A stretch of 64,000 nt of DNA from Squalus acanthias (taxonomy: Eukaryota), in contig CM059432.1 of assembly GCA_030390025.1 (NCBI GenBank), positions 115,384,001-115,448,000 of the forward strand, in the 5' to 3' direction. Shown one piece after another: positions 59,401 through 64,000 of the stretch. The position numbers were made by a program, and so were the translations under genes. The notes beneath the pieces were generated by a model. That model did no database searches and was not told the origin of the DNA. It worked only from the letters and a program-made list of their open reading frames with translations. Numbering within the stretch: the first letter of the stretch is position 1; each line of letters opens with the position of its first letter.

Positions 59401-60926
59401 TTTGTAAGTTTTTATTTAAACAATGGACTGCTACAATTTAAAGGTATCAAGATAAGAACATAAAAACTCATCTTTTTCAGAATCCTGTGAGTGCCTATCG
59501 GAAGTTGGCGAGTAGGGGTGGTATTACCGGGGAAGTATGTTCACCATGCACCAAAAAAAGATCCTGAGCCATTCAAGGAAGAGTCTCACCTGCAATTATA
59601 TAAAAAAAGAGGCAGAGGGACAGATAGAGATAGAGATGTATGGGGATGTTTGTCACAATGTATTGTGATGAATTCTAACATCTTTTAGTTTTTGCTTCCC
59701 CTTTTCTGTAGATTTGTTGAATAATTTTCTTTGAGCAGTGCTTACATCGGTAAAGGAAACGGGTCTGAAGTAGTTACTATTTCCAACTGTGTGAAGGACC
59801 TGAGTTAACATGCGCAGTTAAATAATAGATTGCTGAGACTCTCAAGATTAATATAGTACACTTTTTTAAACTAATGGCCTTTCATTAATAGAATACAAAC
59901 TGAAACCTGGTACTTTATGGAAACTACTTTTGTCATAGTTCATATAACTCAAGAATACAGCCAGCGCTACTTGATGGCTTACTTTTGCTAATCACTAGCT
60001 CCAAAAACATGTCTTCTCTTCACTATCAAGCTCAGCCACATGTTTAAAAAACTTAGGAAAAATAGACAAAAATTGTTAAGCGTATTGACTGACTGGGTGG
60101 TTCAATGAGTTGGCACATTCTCCTTTTTCCTCTTAGCCCTGGATCTGAATATTGTTTAGACAGGTGGAATAAAAACCTTCACTAGGTTCCCCCACCCCCT
60201 GATGGCTGTAAGAGTCCCACATGAAATTAATTTGGACAGTCCTTAATACATTTGGTGAAATTTTGTGCTAATTAAAGTGAAGAAAGTCAGTGAAATTAAC
60301 TGAACATTTTCCACTTCACTTATGGTAGCAAATGTTCACATCAAGTACGCCCAGATCAGGTGTCAGAAGTAGAGTTAAACTTTACCTAGTCTGCACAAAA
60401 GTGTGCCGTAAGCACTTCCTAGTGCATTAATGTGATTTCTTAATTTCCTGTACCAGTCATCCTTATGACCTTGCTAAGTGATATTGCTAATTTAAAATAA
60501 CATAATACCAAATATAGAGCAGTATTATACTGGGGACCTACAGTTATCAGGAACTGGTCTGGGGGCTGTTAAGCATACTTTATCACATAGTCTGGACTGG
60601 ATCTAAACCCAGGTGTCTGCAAGGAGAGGATTGTATGCTAACTTATTGGGCTCGATTTTGCCAGTGTGAGTGGGCTGGGGCGTGTCAGGTGGGATTCAAG
60701 TCAAACCCCGACTCCGAAGTGAAGTGTTGAAAAATTGCGATTTTCCCCTAATTAGGCAATTGATTTCCAGCGTGTGGGAACCTCTGGTCCAATGAATCTT
60801 TTCATACAGAAAGTCGCCTCCGATGACGTCATCAATGCTGTTGGATTTAAGGCCTGCAAGCAGCCTTGCTTCTTCTGGAGACTGGAAACGCTTTGGAAAT
60901 TGTATGAAGAACTTCATTTACCGACC

Positions 60927-62890
60927 ATGTCCACCGGCAAGCAAAAGTGTGCACCTCGCTTTGATGAGCCCTCCCTGCAAGCTCTGGTGCAGGGAGCAAG
61001 ATCTAATAAGGAGGTGCTCTTCCCTTCCTCAGGGAGAAAAAAGCCACCCCAGCAGACTAAAGCTGTGTGGCTGCAAGTGGCCGAGGAGGTCAACTCCATA
61101 TCGATGAGCCACAGAACCTGGCTGCAGTGCAGGAAGAAGTTTCATTACCTTCTCCGCACAGGAAAAGTGAGTATGACTTTCCCATCACCCTCAATCTGAT
61201 CCCCATCACCTCTCCTCACCAGCATTCTGCTTTGCCAACCTCTTCCTCCACATCCCACTTGACACTTACATCCCTGCACCCTTACCCATTCCCTCTCTCT
61301 CTATGGTCACATTCACTTAACTATTCGACCATGCAGCCCTCACACTCCCTATCACTGTGATGCAATGACAACAACTTACAACACACAGGGAGGGTCCTTT
61401 GTCTCCTTCTAAGCATCTATGCTATGGATTCTCTACACTCACTCCTTCATTCTCACTCAAACTCCACTGGTGTCCCTCACTGCAGGAAATAAGAGCCCAC
61501 AATAAGAGGGAAAGAGCCATGACAGGAGGAGGGCCACCCTCAGTAGCCCAGCTCAGCGCCTGGGAGGAGGCGGCCCTGGAAATCGCCGGGATCGAGGAGG
61601 ATTCCCAAGTGGGGGACGGACAGATGGGCGCATCACAGCAAGCTTGTGACAGAATAGTTTGGCATCTCTCTCATTGACATTGCATGAGTCATTGATAATG
61701 AATCTGATGCTCTAACAGATTGACTTATGATCATCTGCACTATTCAATGTGCATGTAACCTTGACCTCACATCTCTAACTCTTTCCTTTACTCTCCCACA
61801 GGACCATCGAAAGCCCCCGTCCCCACTGTCCAGGGGGAAAAGCCTGAGCTTCCAGAATCCTCAGAGGAAGCTGCAACCTCTGAGGGCGCAGCATCAGCAG
61901 AATTCAGCGCACCCAGCACCAGCACAGATACGCACACCTCGGTGGGACCTTCGCGAGATAGAGTAGTATTGTCACCTGGTGTATCACAGCTCACAAGTGA
62001 GCATCAGCAGATGGTGGAGACAGGATCAGCAGTGGAGAGTCCTCGTCGGAGGGCGCAGGAATCTGCCAGCTCGGCTCAGCTGCATGTCGACCCTGTGCCT
62101 CCGGGTCCATCCAGAAGGAGAGCGGTGCTGGAACTCCAGGAACAGGTGCAGGAGTCTCTGGCAGGTTTTGTCTCCAGGGTCGCTGCGAGTGTGGAGCGAA
62201 TGGAGGAGTCCATCGCGAACATGAGCAGAACCTTTGTGGAGGCATTGGCGCATGAACACATCACCGCGGAAAGGATGGCAACCTCCGTGGAAAGGATGGC
62301 TAACTCCATGGTAAGGCTGGCTACCGTAGAGGAGAGGATGGCTACGGTCATGGAGGAGCTTAGTCGCCAGGGTATGGAAAACATGGTAATTGTTCAGAAT
62401 AGAATGACATCTCTTGAGGAGCGATGGTCAGCTATTGAGCATACAAACCAGACCTTCATGGAAGTCCTCTGGAGTAGGACTTCCAGTGCAGAAATGGGTC
62501 CTCATGGCCCCCCTGAAGTGCAGCAAGGTGCTGTCAAGCCACTTGCTAGCTCTGAGGTGGGGCTGACCCATGAGGGGGATTTTGGTGGCAGACAACAAGG
62601 AATTGGGGACTCCTCTCCAAGCGCTCAGACGACCATGCCATTGCAAAGCCCTCGGTCAGAGCCCCACCAGAGTCCTCACCAACTGAGATGGGCGTCTCAG
62701 CCCCTGCATAGCCACAGGAGCAGCAGACTGTTAGCAAGCACGCACAGGTTCACCACCCCAGAGGACGGCCGCCAAAGGCATCGAGACAGGAGCAGCAAGA
62801 AAGTGAACAAGGGGCCTCCACATCTGCTGAAGCCACAGGGGAAGCACCACGCAGGAGCACACGTAAGAGGAAGATAAAGCACAAGTAGTC
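60927..62890 (+). pseudogene. Harbinger Myb/SANT-like gene, 3 exons (60927-61166, 61486-61645, 61802 onward), likely disabled
   Basis: APRFDEPSLQALVQG...KAVWLQVAEEV...RTWLQCRKKFHYL; same splice sites as copy 1; exon2/3 junction codon reads T|GA; frameshift near 62680. Confidence 0.8.
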
Positions 62891-63146
62891 ACAAGGGTAG
62901 TCACTTGGGTGTTGTGATGTGTTATATTTGGACCAGCCATCATTGTCATTGTATTAAAAACAGATTTGATGGCAAACTGTTGAAGTTGTGGCCTGTGTCA
63001 TTTCGCAAATGGGACTTTCACATTGAGGGCTTAGGGCGCCTTGCAATTGTCAGTATGGTGGTCAGGGTGATAGGAATCCGCAGGTTCTTGTCTATTGTCG
63101 ATGCTCTGGTAAGAAGGTGTGAGACAAAAGTGTTTGATTGTGTAGG

Positions 63147-63365
63147 CTAACCAAATCTGGCCAAGATGAGTGCGTTCCTTGCATCCCGGGCAGCAATGTT
63201 TTCGCACGCTGGCGCCTTCTGGCCTGTGCAGCTTCAGGTGGGTGACTAGCAGCTTGGCGCTCCTGTTGATGCTCCTGCTGTTGGTGCTGCTGTTGTTCAT
63301 GGTTCTGCGGCTGGTCTTCCTCCGAATCTGATGTCCAGGAGGAAAGGAATTAAATGGTCGCTATG
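63147..63365 (-). pseudogene. Transposase remnant: N-terminal leader fused directly to the last ~18 codons
   Basis: Minus strand: SSWTSDSEEDQPQ...(Q-rich)...PPEAAQARRRQRA (homologous to 2750-2901), joined near 63203 to ENIAARDARNALILARFG* (compare [15 protein letters not shown] in family B). Confidence 0.75.
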
Positions 63366-64000
63366 CTTCTGGTATATGCCTCAGTTGAGGAAGTGCTCAG
63401 TCAAGGTGGGGAGAGGGGTTTCCCAGGAGGTCACACTGGAGATGGGTGTCAGGCTCCAAACTTCCACAACAATGAGTAGACCTGCTAAAAGTTCGCCCAG
63501 ACCTGAGACAACAAAGTTCTGCCACCTGCAAATGATCATCGGTGAAAACTCCTTTGTAATGGTGGAGCTGCAGCTGTTACTAAGCAATCCAATTGTGAGG
63601 CCGCCAGGATTACCTGGCGTGTTCCAGAGGAGGCGTGGAGGATGGGGAAAATGTCTAAAAATCGGAAAGGCCTCTCAAAATGGGATAATAGAGGCAATTA
63701 AGTGGTTGTTAAAGGCCTTAAGGGCCTATCCTGCCTCTTGGAGGCAGGATGGAAACGGGGTCAGAAAACACGCATGTGGGAAAATTGCTCGGAGGCAGGA
63801 TAGAGGCTGGATCGGGCCCGCCTGCCATTTTTTGCAATTTTACCACCTCGCACACCTCCAATCCCGCCTCCTCGGGCCTGGCAAAATCTAGCCCATTGAA
63901 TCACTCGATTTCCTGTGTTTACACAGTCTTAACCTAAGCTCTTAGTAGGCACAAAATTCTCCATCACACGGTATTATCAAGTAGTAATCTTACTCAGAGG

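Larger units (their letters stand above)
60648..63894 (+). mobile_element. PIF/Harbinger family A copy 2 (transposase core deleted)
   Basis: TIR GGGCTCGATTTTGCCAG / CTGGCAAAATCTAGCCC (16/17 match); ATT TSD at 60645-60647 and 63895-63897; collinear with 97-3402. Confidence 0.92.

Noticed and set aside
59465..59612. Possible 6-nt microexon (CAG|AATCCT|GTGAGT, +) and a recursive-splice-like TTGCAG|GTGAG (-)
   Set aside because: Short motifs expected by chance in 64 kb; no known host transcript or strand
97..63894. Segmental duplication or composite transposon bounded by the two family A Harbingers
   Set aside because: Each copy has its own TIR pair and a different TSD (AAG vs ATT); the copies are substantially diverged and their flanks are unrelated
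1..64000. CRISPR arrays, operons, prokaryotic defence systems, Fanzor/TnpB
   Set aside because: Vertebrate repeat content; no repeat-spacer arrays and no RuvC-like ORF seen

Overview
Eukaryotic (vertebrate) genomic DNA, most likely from a cartilaginous fish. This is inferred from HE1-type V-SINEs, SacSINE1/Deu-type SINEs and abundant CR1 LINEs. The window is intronic or intergenic and dominated by transposable elements; I could not identify any host protein-coding gene. Main contents: (i) three long PIF/Harbinger elements (97-3402, 38220-42290, 60648-63894), each with a 3-exon Myb/SANT-like gene on + facing a decayed or deleted HARBI1-like DDE transposase on -, plus many Harbinger-type MITEs with 3-bp TSDs; (ii) a structurally complete Ty3/Gypsy LTR retrotransposon with CsRn1-clade hallmarks (232-bp LTRs, ATGG TSD, tRNA-Trp PBS, CHCC gag motif), disrupted by a very young SINE; (iii) a near full-length CR1 ORF2 and many 3' LINE fragments (CR1, L2, RTE); (iv) a small hAT MITE family with 8-bp TSDs; (v) a tRNA-Ile-derived pseudogene. 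The most notable signals are two independent transposase deletions that spare the Myb/SANT gene, a GC-rich CsRn1-like element in a vertebrate, a tail-swapped young SINE subfamily and multi-level nested insertions. Family names come from recalled motifs, not from database searches.
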